Source: Bacteroidales bacterium
Lineage (GTDB): Bacteria; Bacteroidota; Bacteroidia; Bacteroidales; UBA12077
DNA: 64,000 nt
NCBI GenBank assembly: GCA_036351015.1
Contig: JAZBOG010000007.1
Coordinates: 260,363-324,362 of the forward strand
Reading direction: 5' to 3'
Shown here: piece after piece, positions 36,584 to 45,614 of the stretch
Position numbering within the stretch: position 1 is the first letter of the stretch
Layout of the letters: the number at the start of each line of letters is the position of its first letter
Position numbers and translations under genes: made by a program
The notes under the pieces: model-generated
The model's database searches: none
What the model was told of the DNA's origin: nothing
Seen by the model: the letters and a program-made list of their open reading frames with translations, nothing else

Positions 36584-37561
36584 ATGCTTATGGCAAAAGT
36601 CAAATATAAGTTTGATCATCAATCTTTAACTTACGATAAAATTATTCTCACCCCCAAGCAGAAATTTTATCGTTTTCTGGCTTATTTTGCAGCAACCATC
36701 CTTATAGCGATAATTTATAATATATTATTCTCAATTTTTTTTGATACTCCTAAAGAAAAGGGATTGAAGCGAGAAAATCAGCAGTTGTTAACGCAGTATG
36801 AAATTTTAAACAATCAGTTTGAATTGGTTGAGAAAACCCTTTCAGACCTTCAGAAGCGGGATGATAATATATATCGTGTGATTTTTGAAACCGAACCGAT
36901 TCCCCCATCTGTACGATCGGCTGGATACGGAGGTGCTAACCGTTATGTTGATTTACAGGGGTACGATAATTCCGACCTGGTTATTCAAACTGCCCAACGA
37001 TTGGATAAAATTACCAAAAAGTTATATGTTCAGTCCAAATCCTACGATAATCTGATTGAGCTGGCTAAGAATAAAGAGGAGATGATTGCCAGCATCCCTG
37101 CCATCATGCCAATTTCTAATAAAGACTTAACCCGTACAGCCTCCGGATGGGGATGGCGAATTCATCCGATCTACAAAATCCGGAAATTTCATTATGGAAT
37201 GGATTTTACAGCTCCTACTGGAACCGAGATATATGCCACCGGGGATGGTGTGGTTGAAATTGTCGAAAACTCATTACGTGGATATGGAAAACGTGTGATT
37301 ATCAATCATGGATTTGGCTATAAAACCCTGTATGCTCATCTAGATGGGTTTAGTGTAAAAAGGGGACAGAAAGTTAAACGGGGAGATGTGATCGGTTTTG
37401 TTGGTTCTACCGGAACCTCTACGGCACCACATCTGCATTATGAAGTTTTTAAAAATAACAAAAAGGTAAATCCGGTACATTATTATTTTAATGATTTAAC
37501 TCCCGAAGAGTTTGATAAGATGATTTTTATCTCAACAAATAGTGGTCAATCCTTCGATTAA
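36584..37561 (+). CDS. M23 family metallopeptidase (membrane-anchored), paralog 2
   Basis: It has the same architecture and motifs as paralog 1 (HYGMDF, GDGVV, NHGFGYKTLYAHL, GSTGTSTAPHLHYEV). By eye the two are roughly half identical. The start was moved to the first ATG (MLMAKVKYKFD, compared with MLKVKYQFD in paralog 1). Confidence 0.85.
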   Translation: MLMAKVKYKFDHQSLTYDKIILTPKQKFYRFLAYFAATILIAIIYNILFSIFFDTPKEKGLKRENQQLLTQYEILNNQFELVEKTLSDLQKRDDNIYRVIFETEPIPPSVRSAGYGGANRYVDLQGYDNSDLVIQTAQRLDKITKKLYVQSKSYDNLIELAKNKEEMIASIPAIMPISNKDLTRTASGWGWRIHPIYKIRKFHYGMDFTAPTGTEIYATGDGVVEIVENSLRGYGKRVIINHGFGYKTLYAHLDGFSVKRGQKVKRGDVIGFVGSTGTSTAPHLHYEVFKNNKKVNPVHYYFNDLTPEEFDKMIFISTNSGQSFD

Positions 37562-37573
37562 AGATATTTTTTT

Positions 37574-39094
37574 ATGCCTAAAGTGCTGTCAGTGATTATA
37601 TTTTCCCTTTTTACAGGGAATTTTTTTTATCTCAATGCCCAGGAAGATACAATCAGCGTAATTCAGGAGCATTTCCAAGAAGGTGATTGCCTGGAAGAGC
37701 AGGCTGGAGCAGATTCGTTAGTATTTCCTATCATTAAGAGTTTCTTAGGAAACTGGCAAAGGAACTATTATGGCGAAAATCCTCCCGATAAGCTTGATGT
37801 AGTCTGGAAACATTATCTGGGGAAAGGAGAAACGGTAATTTCCAGAAATATAGGAACCAAAGAATGGGCTGGAGCCGGTTGGACTGGTCAACCCTTATTG
37901 GTTCAGGAGAATAACAAACTTTTTTTAATCCAGGGAGCCTATGATCATCACCTGAAAAAAATAGATGCACAAACGGGTGAACTGGTCTGGCAATATGCCT
38001 TTGATGATGTAATTAAAGGGACCGGAACAATCTGGGTTAATAAGTCACCTGACAAGCCTGAAAATGCTTTAGTTATCCTGCAAGGAAGCAGGCTTGGAAC
38101 AGGAAATTATCTCGATGCCAAACATGTCCCCAGCTATCGGGCAATTTCGTATTTCACAGGGAAAGAGTTATGGCGTATGGATCAAAAGTGGACTCACAGC
38201 TATTCCAGGGATGTGGATGGTTCAGCACTAATATTAAATGATACTGTTTATATTGGTCTGGAAAATTCCCTGTTTACTGTATTTAACCCCGACCACCGGA
38301 AGGCCCGGATGAAGGATGGCATGTTACAACCTGAAATATTCCAGGAAATTAAATTGTATACCCCGGAGGATGTTTCGAAGCATAAATACAATGTAGTAAC
38401 AGAGTCCTCTCCCGCTTTGTTAAATGACAGAATATATGTGGCTTCGGGATCAGGACATGTGTTTGGGTATAACCTATCGACCCGTAGCATTGACTGGGAT
38501 TTTTATATTGGCTCTGATATGGATGGTTCTACCATTGTTACCTCTGACCAGAAGATTTTAGTGTCTGTTGAGAAGCAATATATCAAAGGGCCGGGAGGGA
38601 TATTTAAACTTAATCCGTCACGGGATCCGGAAGAGGCTGTCGTTTGGTATTTCCCCACGGGAAATAATGATTTTGCCGGATGGGAGGGAGGAGTTATCGG
38701 TTCGGTAGGGATTAATGATCATTATATTCAACCGGATCAAAACCACCTGGCAGCTTTTGTAGGAATCGATGAACAATTATATGTGGTCAACCATCAACAA
38801 ACAGACTCTGCGGGAAAAGTCTTAGGCCCCGATAGTTTAACACTGCACAACAAACCTCGGTTGGTTTTTCAATACCATACAGGACCCTCCATCTCTACCC
38901 CTGTTTTTGTTGACGATAAACTTATTGTTGCCACCTACTGGGGGATTTACCTTTTTGAATACGATGAGCATAATAATTTTGTTTTATTGGACCGAAAACC
39001 CGGATCTTTTGAATCAACCCCTATCGTATATAACCAAAAGATTTATATAGCTTCACGTGATGGTTACTTATATTGTCTTGGAATAGAAAATTAA
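37574..39094 (+). CDS. Secreted PQQ-like / beta-propeller repeat protein
   Basis: Signal peptide, and repeated W/Y-x-F/Y and G-x-hydrophobic strand patterns (GELVWQY, GKELWRM, IDWDFY, IYIASRDGYLYCL). Confidence 0.5.
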   Translation: MPKVLSVIIFSLFTGNFFYLNAQEDTISVIQEHFQEGDCLEEQAGADSLVFPIIKSFLGNWQRNYYGENPPDKLDVVWKHYLGKGETVISRNIGTKEWAGAGWTGQPLLVQENNKLFLIQGAYDHHLKKIDAQTGELVWQYAFDDVIKGTGTIWVNKSPDKPENALVILQGSRLGTGNYLDAKHVPSYRAISYFTGKELWRMDQKWTHSYSRDVDGSALILNDTVYIGLENSLFTVFNPDHRKARMKDGMLQPEIFQEIKLYTPEDVSKHKYNVVTESSPALLNDRIYVASGSGHVFGYNLSTRSIDWDFYIGSDMDGSTIVTSDQKILVSVEKQYIKGPGGIFKLNPSRDPEEAVVWYFPTGNNDFAGWEGGVIGSVGINDHYIQPDQNHLAAFVGIDEQLYVVNHQQTDSAGKVLGPDSLTLHNKPRLVFQYHTGPSISTPVFVDDKLIVATYWGIYLFEYDEHNNFVLLDRKPGSFESTPIVYNQKIYIASRDGYLYCLGIEN

Positions 39095-39171
39095 CTTTGT
39101 TTGTTTCAGATTATTTTTTAATTTTATTGAACTAAATGTAAGGATGATTTACATTTATTAAATTGAATGGT

Positions 39172-39507
39172 ATGCCGTATAAAGAGAAAAAAGTAGAAAA
39201 ACTTTATTACAGTATTGGTGAAGTAGCCGAAATGTTTAATGTTAAACCATCGCTGATTAGATACTGGGAAAAAGAATTTGATATTATTAAACCCCGAAAA
39301 AATAAAAAAGGAAACAGATTTTTTACGGTTGAGGATATTGAAAATTTCCATATGATTTATTACCTGGTAAAAGAATTGGGATTAACACTCAAGGGAGCCC
39401 AAAAGAAACTTAAGGAGAATAAAGAGGGAACCGCTCAAAACTTCGAGGCAGTGAAATCCCTGAAGAAAATAAGATCGATGTTGCTGGAAATACGCGAGGA
39501 TTTTTAA
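39172..39507 (+). CDS. MerR family transcriptional regulator
   Basis: Helix-turn-helix YSIGEVAEMFNVKPSLIRYWEKEF, small size. The track start at 39163 is TTG. Confidence 0.8.
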   Translation: MPYKEKKVEKLYYSIGEVAEMFNVKPSLIRYWEKEFDIIKPRKNKKGNRFFTVEDIENFHMIYYLVKELGLTLKGAQKKLKENKEGTAQNFEAVKSLKKIRSMLLEIREDF

Positions 39508-39529
39508 TTCTTTTTTAAAATAATTTTCT

Positions 39530-40624
39530 ATGAAAATTCGTGAAATCATTTCTTCAATCGAATCCTTTGCTCCTTTGTCTTTTCAGGAAGATTATGATAA
39601 TGCCGGATTGATCCTGGGAAACCAGGAACTTGAAGCATCAGGAGTGCTGGTTACCGTAGATGTAACAGAAGAAGTAATTGATGAAGCGATCCAAAAAAAT
39701 GCCAACCTGATTGTTGCTCATCATCCGGTGATTTTTTCAGGATTGAAGAAAATTACCGGCAAAAATTATATCGAACGGATCGTCCTTAAAGCAATAAAAA
39801 ATGAGATAGCTATCTATGCAGCCCATACTAATCTGGATAATATTCAGGGAGGTGTAAACAGTAAGATAGCCCGGAAATTAAATCTGCAACACACAAAAAT
39901 CCTGGCCCCCCTAAAGAATCATTTAATGAAATTGGTTTACTTTGTTCCGGTTGATCAGGCAGCGCAAACACGCAAAGCGATCTTTGAAGCAGGGGCCGGC
40001 CATATTGGAGATTATGACCACTGCAGTTACAACCTGCAAGGAGTGGGATCGTTCAGAGCCGGAGATGCTGCCAACCCCTATGTGGGTAATAAAAATGAAG
40101 ATCATTTCGAAAATGAAATGAGAGTAGAGACCGTTTTTCCAAAACACTTGAAAAACAAAATTTTACAGGCCCTGATAGATGTTCATCCCTACGAAGAAGT
40201 AGCTTACGACCTTTATGATCTTCAAAATACATTCGAAAAAGCAGGATCAGGGGTGATTGGTGAACTGGAAAAGGAGATCCCGGCTCAGGAGCTGCTGCAG
40301 GAGGTTAAAAAAATATTTAATGCTCAATGTATCCGGCATACCCGATTTTTAAACCGACCGGTTCAAAAAATTGCAATTTGCGGAGGAAGTGGTAGTTTCC
40401 TGTTAAACGAAGCCATAAAGCAGAAAGCCGATGTGTTTATCTCTGCAGATTTTAAATATCATCAGTTTTTCGATGCTGAAAATAAGATTATCATTGCCGA
40501 TATTGGACATTTTGAATCGGAACAGGTTACAAAAGAGCTTTTTTATGAATTACTTATTAAAAAATTCCCTAAATTTGCAGTTTATTTGACAGAAATAAAT
40601 TCAAATCCGATAAATTATTTTTAA
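39530..40624 (+). CDS. Nif3-like dinuclear metal center protein
   Basis: DNAGL..., VAHHP and AAHTNLD motifs, with a PII-like insert. 364 aa. Confidence 0.85.
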   Translation: MKIREIISSIESFAPLSFQEDYDNAGLILGNQELEASGVLVTVDVTEEVIDEAIQKNANLIVAHHPVIFSGLKKITGKNYIERIVLKAIKNEIAIYAAHTNLDNIQGGVNSKIARKLNLQHTKILAPLKNHLMKLVYFVPVDQAAQTRKAIFEAGAGHIGDYDHCSYNLQGVGSFRAGDAANPYVGNKNEDHFENEMRVETVFPKHLKNKILQALIDVHPYEEVAYDLYDLQNTFEKAGSGVIGELEKEIPAQELLQEVKKIFNAQCIRHTRFLNRPVQKIAICGGSGSFLLNEAIKQKADVFISADFKYHQFFDAENKIIIADIGHFESEQVTKELFYELLIKKFPKFAVYLTEINSNPINYF

Positions 40625-40626
40625 AT

Positions 40627-41388
40627 ATGGCTAAAGTAAAGGAAACCAAAGATCTAACTGTTGAGGAGAAACTAAAGGCATTATTTGAGTTACAACTTGT
40701 AGATTCTAAAATTGATGATATTAAACGTTTGCGTGGTGAATTACCCCTTGAAGTTCAGGATTTGGAAGACGAGATTGAAGGATTACAAACGCGTATTCAG
40801 AATTATGATGAAGATCTGGAAAAACTGAATGATTCAATTGTTCATAAAAAAAATGAAATCAAGGAAGCGCAGGCTTTAATTAAAAAATATTCTGAACAAC
40901 AGAACAATGTACGAAATAATCGTGAATTTGATTCTTTGGCAAAAGAGATTGAATACCAAACGCTGGAGATTGAACTTTGCGAAAAACGAATTAAAGAATA
41001 CACGGCAAAGATTGAAGAAAAGAACGAAGTGATCAAAGAATCCAGGGACATTCTGGAAGACCGTGAAAATGATCTGGAAGCCAAGAAAACGGAATTAAAC
41101 TCTATTGTATCAGAAACCCAGAAAGAAGAAGAGGAGTTAGAGAATAAATCAGTTTCCATCCAGGAGATCATTGAAGACCGGTTGTTAAATGCCTATAAAA
41201 AGATTCGTGGCAATGCACGAAATGGATTAGCGGTAGTAACTGTTCAGCGTGATGCCTGTGGAGGATGTTTTAATAAGATTCCCCCTCAGCGTCAATTGGA
41301 TGTTCGTTCACGGAAGAAAATTATTGTTTGTGAATACTGTGGGAGAATATTGGTTGACCCTGACATGGAAGAAGAATTTAAACAATAG
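40627..41388 (+). CDS. Coiled-coil protein with C-terminal C4 zinc ribbon (COG1579-like)
   Basis: A long heptad-rich coiled coil is followed by CGGCFNKIPPQ...CEYCGRIL. It starts 3 nt after the Nif3 stop codon, which is the usual conserved pairing. Confidence 0.75.
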   Translation: MAKVKETKDLTVEEKLKALFELQLVDSKIDDIKRLRGELPLEVQDLEDEIEGLQTRIQNYDEDLEKLNDSIVHKKNEIKEAQALIKKYSEQQNNVRNNREFDSLAKEIEYQTLEIELCEKRIKEYTAKIEEKNEVIKESRDILEDRENDLEAKKTELNSIVSETQKEEEELENKSVSIQEIIEDRLLNAYKKIRGNARNGLAVVTVQRDACGGCFNKIPPQRQLDVRSRKKIIVCEYCGRILVDPDMEEEFKQ

Positions 41389-41409
41389 AGAAACAATTGA
41401 TTAAGCAAT

Positions 41410-41444
41410 AAAAAAAAGGTATCCGTAAAGGGTACCTTTTTTTA
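41410..41444. terminator. Bidirectional terminator
   Basis: AAAAAAAAGGTATCC GTAAA GGGTACCTTTTTTT. Confidence 0.75.
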
Positions 41445-41465
41445 TATATGATATAATGGGGCGTA

Positions 41466-42275
41466 TTACCAGCTTCCTCCGGCACCTCCGCCGCCAAAAC
41501 TGCCTCCGCCGAATCCGCTGAATCCTCCACCGCCGCTAAATCCGCCAAAGCTTCCCGAGCCCGACGAAAAACTTCCAAAGCTGCCACCGTGGCTTCTGCC
41601 CGAAGAACTTAACATCCCCAGGGCAATCCAAAAGGGTACATTATGGCCTACGGCATAATGACGGGCCCTGCGGGCTCTTCCTATGACGGAGAATAGAATA
41701 ACCAGGATGAAAATGATGACCATCGGAATGGCAGAGCCTACATTTCCCCCGGTTTGTTTACGGTACTGGTCGGCTGTAAATTCACCCTTGGTTAAGCCGA
41801 TAATCGTATTTACCGCCTGGTCTAACCCTTTGTAATACTGACCCTGTTTAAAGTTGGGTATGATCTCGTGTTCAACAATTCTTTTAGCAATGGCATCGGG
41901 GACAGCCCCTTCCACTCCATATCCGGTGGCAATAAATACTTCCCCCTTTGAACTTTGGGTATTGGGTTTTACCAGGATGAGGATCCCGTTATTTTTGCCT
42001 TTTTGTCCAATTCCCCACCGTTCGCCAAGCTCAAAGGCATAGGATGCTGCATCGTAACCCTGAAGGTCGGGAACGATGGCAATGGCAATCTGTGTTGATG
42101 TTTGGTTGTTGAATTGAACCAGTTTCTGTTCCAGCGCATTTTGCTCGTTTACTGATAAAAACTGTGCATAATCATTTACAATACGGTTTGATCGCTCCGG
42201 AAATTCCTGCGCATACCCCTGTAAGCCGATCATTGCAAATAGTATGATGAGTAAAGTATTCTTTAGTTGTTGCAT
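41466..42275 (-). CDS. TPM domain-containing protein with TM helix and Gly-rich C-terminal tail
   Basis: Signal peptide, a TPM-like phosphatase fold pattern, a transmembrane helix (IPMVIIFILVILFSVIG) and the tail GGSFGSFSSGSGSFGGFSGGGGFSGFGGGSFGGGGAGGSW. Confidence 0.75.
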   Translation of the reverse strand: MQQLKNTLLIILFAMIGLQGYAQEFPERSNRIVNDYAQFLSVNEQNALEQKLVQFNNQTSTQIAIAIVPDLQGYDAASYAFELGERWGIGQKGKNNGILILVKPNTQSSKGEVFIATGYGVEGAVPDAIAKRIVEHEIIPNFKQGQYYKGLDQAVNTIIGLTKGEFTADQYRKQTGGNVGSAIPMVIIFILVILFSVIGRARRARHYAVGHNVPFWIALGMLSSSGRSHGGSFGSFSSGSGSFGGFSGGGGFSGFGGGSFGGGGAGGSW

Positions 42276-42277
42276 GG

Positions 42278-42724
42278 TTAATTCTTTTTTCCAAACGAAA
42301 TATCGTTTGATAATTCATTAATATCATCTTTCTGATAAGGAAAGTGCTCCTGTAAAGCTTTTCCGGCCATTTCAATCCCATCGCTTAATCCCCGGGCATA
42401 GGCTTCGTGTTTAAAGTGGCCGATGACGGTTTCTTTAATTTCGTCCCAGAAATTTTCAGGGGTTACGGCATTGATTCCTGCATCACCCAAAATAGCAAAT
42501 TTCCGGTCGTTGATCGACAGGTAAAAGAGGACTCCGTTTCGTAGTTCGGTTTTATGCATTTTTAGTTTTTCAAACCAAAAAGCGGCACGGTCTAAAACAT
42601 CTTCATTACAGTCCATTTCTACATGAACTCTAATCTCTCCCGATGTATTTAATTCTGCATTTTTAATGGCATCGGTAATCTGTTGTTTTTGTTCACGGGT
42701 AAAAAAATCAGCTGCTTTCATCAT
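42278..42724 (-). CDS. TPM domain-containing protein (small, cytoplasmic-type)
   Basis: About 148 aa with the pattern FFTREQKQQITDAI...SGEIRVHVE. It sits in the conserved position between LemA and the larger TPM gene. Confidence 0.7.
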   Translation of the reverse strand: MMKAADFFTREQKQQITDAIKNAELNTSGEIRVHVEMDCNEDVLDRAAFWFEKLKMHKTELRNGVLFYLSINDRKFAILGDAGINAVTPENFWDEIKETVIGHFKHEAYARGLSDGIEMAGKALQEHFPYQKDDINELSNDISFGKKN

Positions 42725-43314
42725 TAAAATTCTACTTTAGGTGCTTCACTCGCCGATTCGTCAGCTTTGAAATAAGCTTTTGGTTCAAAGTCAAACATGT
42801 TGGCATAAATATTTTTTGGAAACTGTTTAATATAGGTGTTAAACTGCTGAGCCGACTGGTTAAATTTCTGCCGTTCAACAGTTATCCTGTTTTCAGTACC
42901 CTCCAGTTGTGCCTGTAGTTCCAGAAAGTTTTGGTTAGCTTTGAGGTCGGGATAACGTTCAACAACAACCATTAACTTCGATAAGGCCGAACTTAAGTTT
43001 CCCTGTGCCTGCTGAAACGCCTGGATTTTTTCAGGAGTCAGATTTCCTGCATCAATGGTTGTTGATGTCGCTTTAGATCGCGCTTCAATGACTTCGGTAA
43101 AAGTTTCCTGCTCATGTTCAGCATATCCTTTTACAGTATTTACCAGGTTGGGAATAAGATCCGCCCTGCGCTGATATACATTTTCTACCTGTGCCCATTG
43201 AGAGGTTACATTCTCATCCAGGGCAACCATTCTGTTATAGGTTCCTTTTATTGATGAGTAGATGAAAATTGCTATCACAGCAATTACAATAAGGGTAATC
43301 CACTTTTTTTTCAT
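42724..43314 (-). CDS. LemA family protein
   Basis: N-terminal transmembrane helix and the characteristic QWAQVENVYQRRADLIPNLV...YPDLKAN motif. Confidence 0.9.
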   Translation of the reverse strand: MKKKWITLIVIAVIAIFIYSSIKGTYNRMVALDENVTSQWAQVENVYQRRADLIPNLVNTVKGYAEHEQETFTEVIEARSKATSTTIDAGNLTPEKIQAFQQAQGNLSSALSKLMVVVERYPDLKANQNFLELQAQLEGTENRITVERQKFNQSAQQFNTYIKQFPKNIYANMFDFEPKAYFKADESASEAPKVEF

Positions 43315-43522
43315 TTTGTTATTTTTTTGTTAGAATTTTTAAAGTTATAATTGTTTTTGATAAAGTCAAATCCCACAAAAAACATGCTAAGGATTGTTTC
43401 AGTAATTTTGTCATGTTCTTTTGCCATATCATGATATTTATCTTTCTTCGTAAAATCTTAATTTGTAATTTTGTAATCCAATAAAAATATTATCCTAAAC
43501 AATCAATAAAAAGATACCTATA

Positions 43523-45529
43523 ATGAATAGAGAAGATTTTCAACGGTTTGTATTGCAGGGAATTCCGGATGAATTGCCTGAGCGAAAACCCTATGATCCA
43601 GAAATAAATCATGCGCCCAGGCGCAAAGAAATTTTAAGCAGGGAAGAAAAAATACTGGCAGTAAAAAATGCCTTACGTTATTTTGACCAGAAACATCATG
43701 CGGTATTGGCCAGGGAATTTGCCGAAGAGCTGGAAAAGTACGGGCGTATTTATATGTATCGTTTTCGCCCCGATTATAAGATATATGCACGATCCATTGA
43801 TGATTTCCCGGCAAAAAGTAAACAGGCAGCAGCCATTATGCTTATGTTAAGTAATAATCTGGATTATGCTGTGGCTCAGCATCCGCATGAATTGATTACC
43901 TATGGTGGAAATGGAGCCGTTTTTCAGAACTGGGCCCAGTATCTTTTAACCATGAAATACCTGGCCGAGATGACAGATGAGCAAACGTTGGTGCTTTATT
44001 CAGGCCACCCCATGGGATTGTTTCCGTCGCACAAAGATGCTCCCCGGGTAGTGGTAACCAATGGAATGATGATTCCGAATTATTCAAAGCCCGACGACTG
44101 GGAACGGTTTAATGCGCTGGGAGTAACCCAGTATGGGCAGATGACCGCCGGCTCATTTATGTATATCGGCCCTCAGGGGATTGTTCATGGAACAACCATC
44201 ACGGTATTAAACGCAGGACGTAAAATAAGTAAACCCGGCGAAGCCCTGGAAGGAAAGATTTTTGTTACTGCCGGTTTGGGCGGGATGAGCGGCGCCCAGC
44301 CAAAGGCAAGCAATATCGCCGGCGTAGTAAGCATTACAGCCGAAGTGAACCCCAAGGCAGCCCATAAACGCCACGAACAGGGTTGGGTTGATGAGATCAC
44401 AGAGGATGTTGACCAGGCCATTGATATGGCCTTGGAGTACAAGAAACTTCAGAAAGCACACTCTATTGCTTTCCTGGGTAATATTGTCGACTTATGGGAA
44501 CGTTTAGTGGAAAGAGATATCCCGGTTGACCTGGGATCCGATCAGACTTCGTTGCATAATCCCTGGGCCGGAGGTTATTACCCTGCTGGTTTAACCTACG
44601 AGGAATCGAACAGGATGATGGCCGAAAATCCGGAGGAATTTAAAAACCATGTGAAAGACTCCTTAAAAAGACAGGTTGCCGCAATCAATAAACTTTCTGC
44701 CAAAGGGATGTATTTCTTCGATTATGGAAATGCATTTTTATTAGAATCGAGCCGGGCCGGAGCCGATATATTGAAACAGGACGGAAAGTTTAAATATCCA
44801 TCCTATGTCCAGGATATTATGGGACCGATGTGTTTTGATTATGGTTTTGGACCTTTCCGTTGGGTGTGTACCTCCTCTGATCCTGAGGATTTAGAAACTA
44901 CCGATAAAATTGCAATGCAGGTATTGGAGGAGATTGCAGCCTCAGCACCCCCGGAAATCACCCAACAGATGAAGGATAATATTCGTTGGATCCAGGGAGC
45001 AAAAGAGAACAAGCTGGTTGTCGGTTCGCAGGCCCGGATTTTATATGCCGATGCCGAAGGACGTATCAAAATTGCCGAAGCTTTTAACCAGGCTATTAAG
45101 GAAGGAAAAATCTCTGCTCCGGTGGTATTGGGGCGGGATCATCATGATGTGTCCGGAACGGATTCTCCTTTCCGTGAAACCTCCAACATCTATGATGGAT
45201 CACAATTTACAGCCGACATGGCTATTCAGAATGTCATTGGCGATTCATTTCGCGGCGCAACCTGGGTATCCATTCATAATGGTGGTGGTGTTGGTTGGGG
45301 CGAAGTAATCAATGGCGGATTCGGTATGGTGCTGGATGGCAGCGATGATGCTTCCCGTCGATTGAAATTGATGTTGCATTGGGATGTTAACAATGGAATA
45401 GCCCGAAGGAGTTGGGCAAGAAACGACGGGGCAATTTTTGCGATGAAAAGAGAAATGGAACGCACACCCCAATTAAAAGTTACCATACCTAATATTGCTG
45501 ATGATCAAATGCTGGATCAGCTATTCTAA
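43523..45529 (+). CDS. hutU: Urocanate hydratase
   Basis: The long Bacteroidota form, 668 aa, with motifs TYGGNG, GLGGMSGAQP and GRDHHDVSGTDSP. Confidence 0.9.
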   Translation: MNREDFQRFVLQGIPDELPERKPYDPEINHAPRRKEILSREEKILAVKNALRYFDQKHHAVLAREFAEELEKYGRIYMYRFRPDYKIYARSIDDFPAKSKQAAAIMLMLSNNLDYAVAQHPHELITYGGNGAVFQNWAQYLLTMKYLAEMTDEQTLVLYSGHPMGLFPSHKDAPRVVVTNGMMIPNYSKPDDWERFNALGVTQYGQMTAGSFMYIGPQGIVHGTTITVLNAGRKISKPGEALEGKIFVTAGLGGMSGAQPKASNIAGVVSITAEVNPKAAHKRHEQGWVDEITEDVDQAIDMALEYKKLQKAHSIAFLGNIVDLWERLVERDIPVDLGSDQTSLHNPWAGGYYPAGLTYEESNRMMAENPEEFKNHVKDSLKRQVAAINKLSAKGMYFFDYGNAFLLESSRAGADILKQDGKFKYPSYVQDIMGPMCFDYGFGPFRWVCTSSDPEDLETTDKIAMQVLEEIAASAPPEITQQMKDNIRWIQGAKENKLVVGSQARILYADAEGRIKIAEAFNQAIKEGKISAPVVLGRDHHDVSGTDSPFRETSNIYDGSQFTADMAIQNVIGDSFRGATWVSIHNGGGVGWGEVINGGFGMVLDGSDDASRRLKLMLHWDVNNGIARRSWARNDGAIFAMKREMERTPQLKVTIPNIADDQMLDQLF

Positions 45530-45545
45530 CCTGGATAGCACTTCT

Positions 45546-45579
45546 CTTCGAGGCACTAAAAGATAATTGTGCCTCGAAG
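45546..45579. terminator. Strong hairpin between convergent hutU and mlaD-like genes
   Basis: Perfect 11-bp stem CTTCGAGGCAC / GTGCCTCGAAG with a 12-nt loop. Confidence 0.7.
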
Positions 45580-45614
45580 GGTTTAGCTATTTTTAAAGAT
45601 TGTTGAGCCTGAGT

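Noticed and set aside
41378-41587. Ala/Glu-rich 69-aa ORF near the 3' end of the TPM gene.
   Set aside because: It is an alternative-frame reading of the GC-rich repeat that encodes the Gly-rich tail. It also runs through the bidirectional terminator at 41410-41444.
43518-45486. Many 60-100-aa ORFs on both strands inside hutU (for example 43518-43814, 44185-44461, 45018-45308, 45245-45486).
   Set aside because: All are nested in or antisense to a full-length, well-conserved urocanate hydratase frame. They have low-complexity or odd composition typical of off-frame translation of relatively GC-rich coding DNA.
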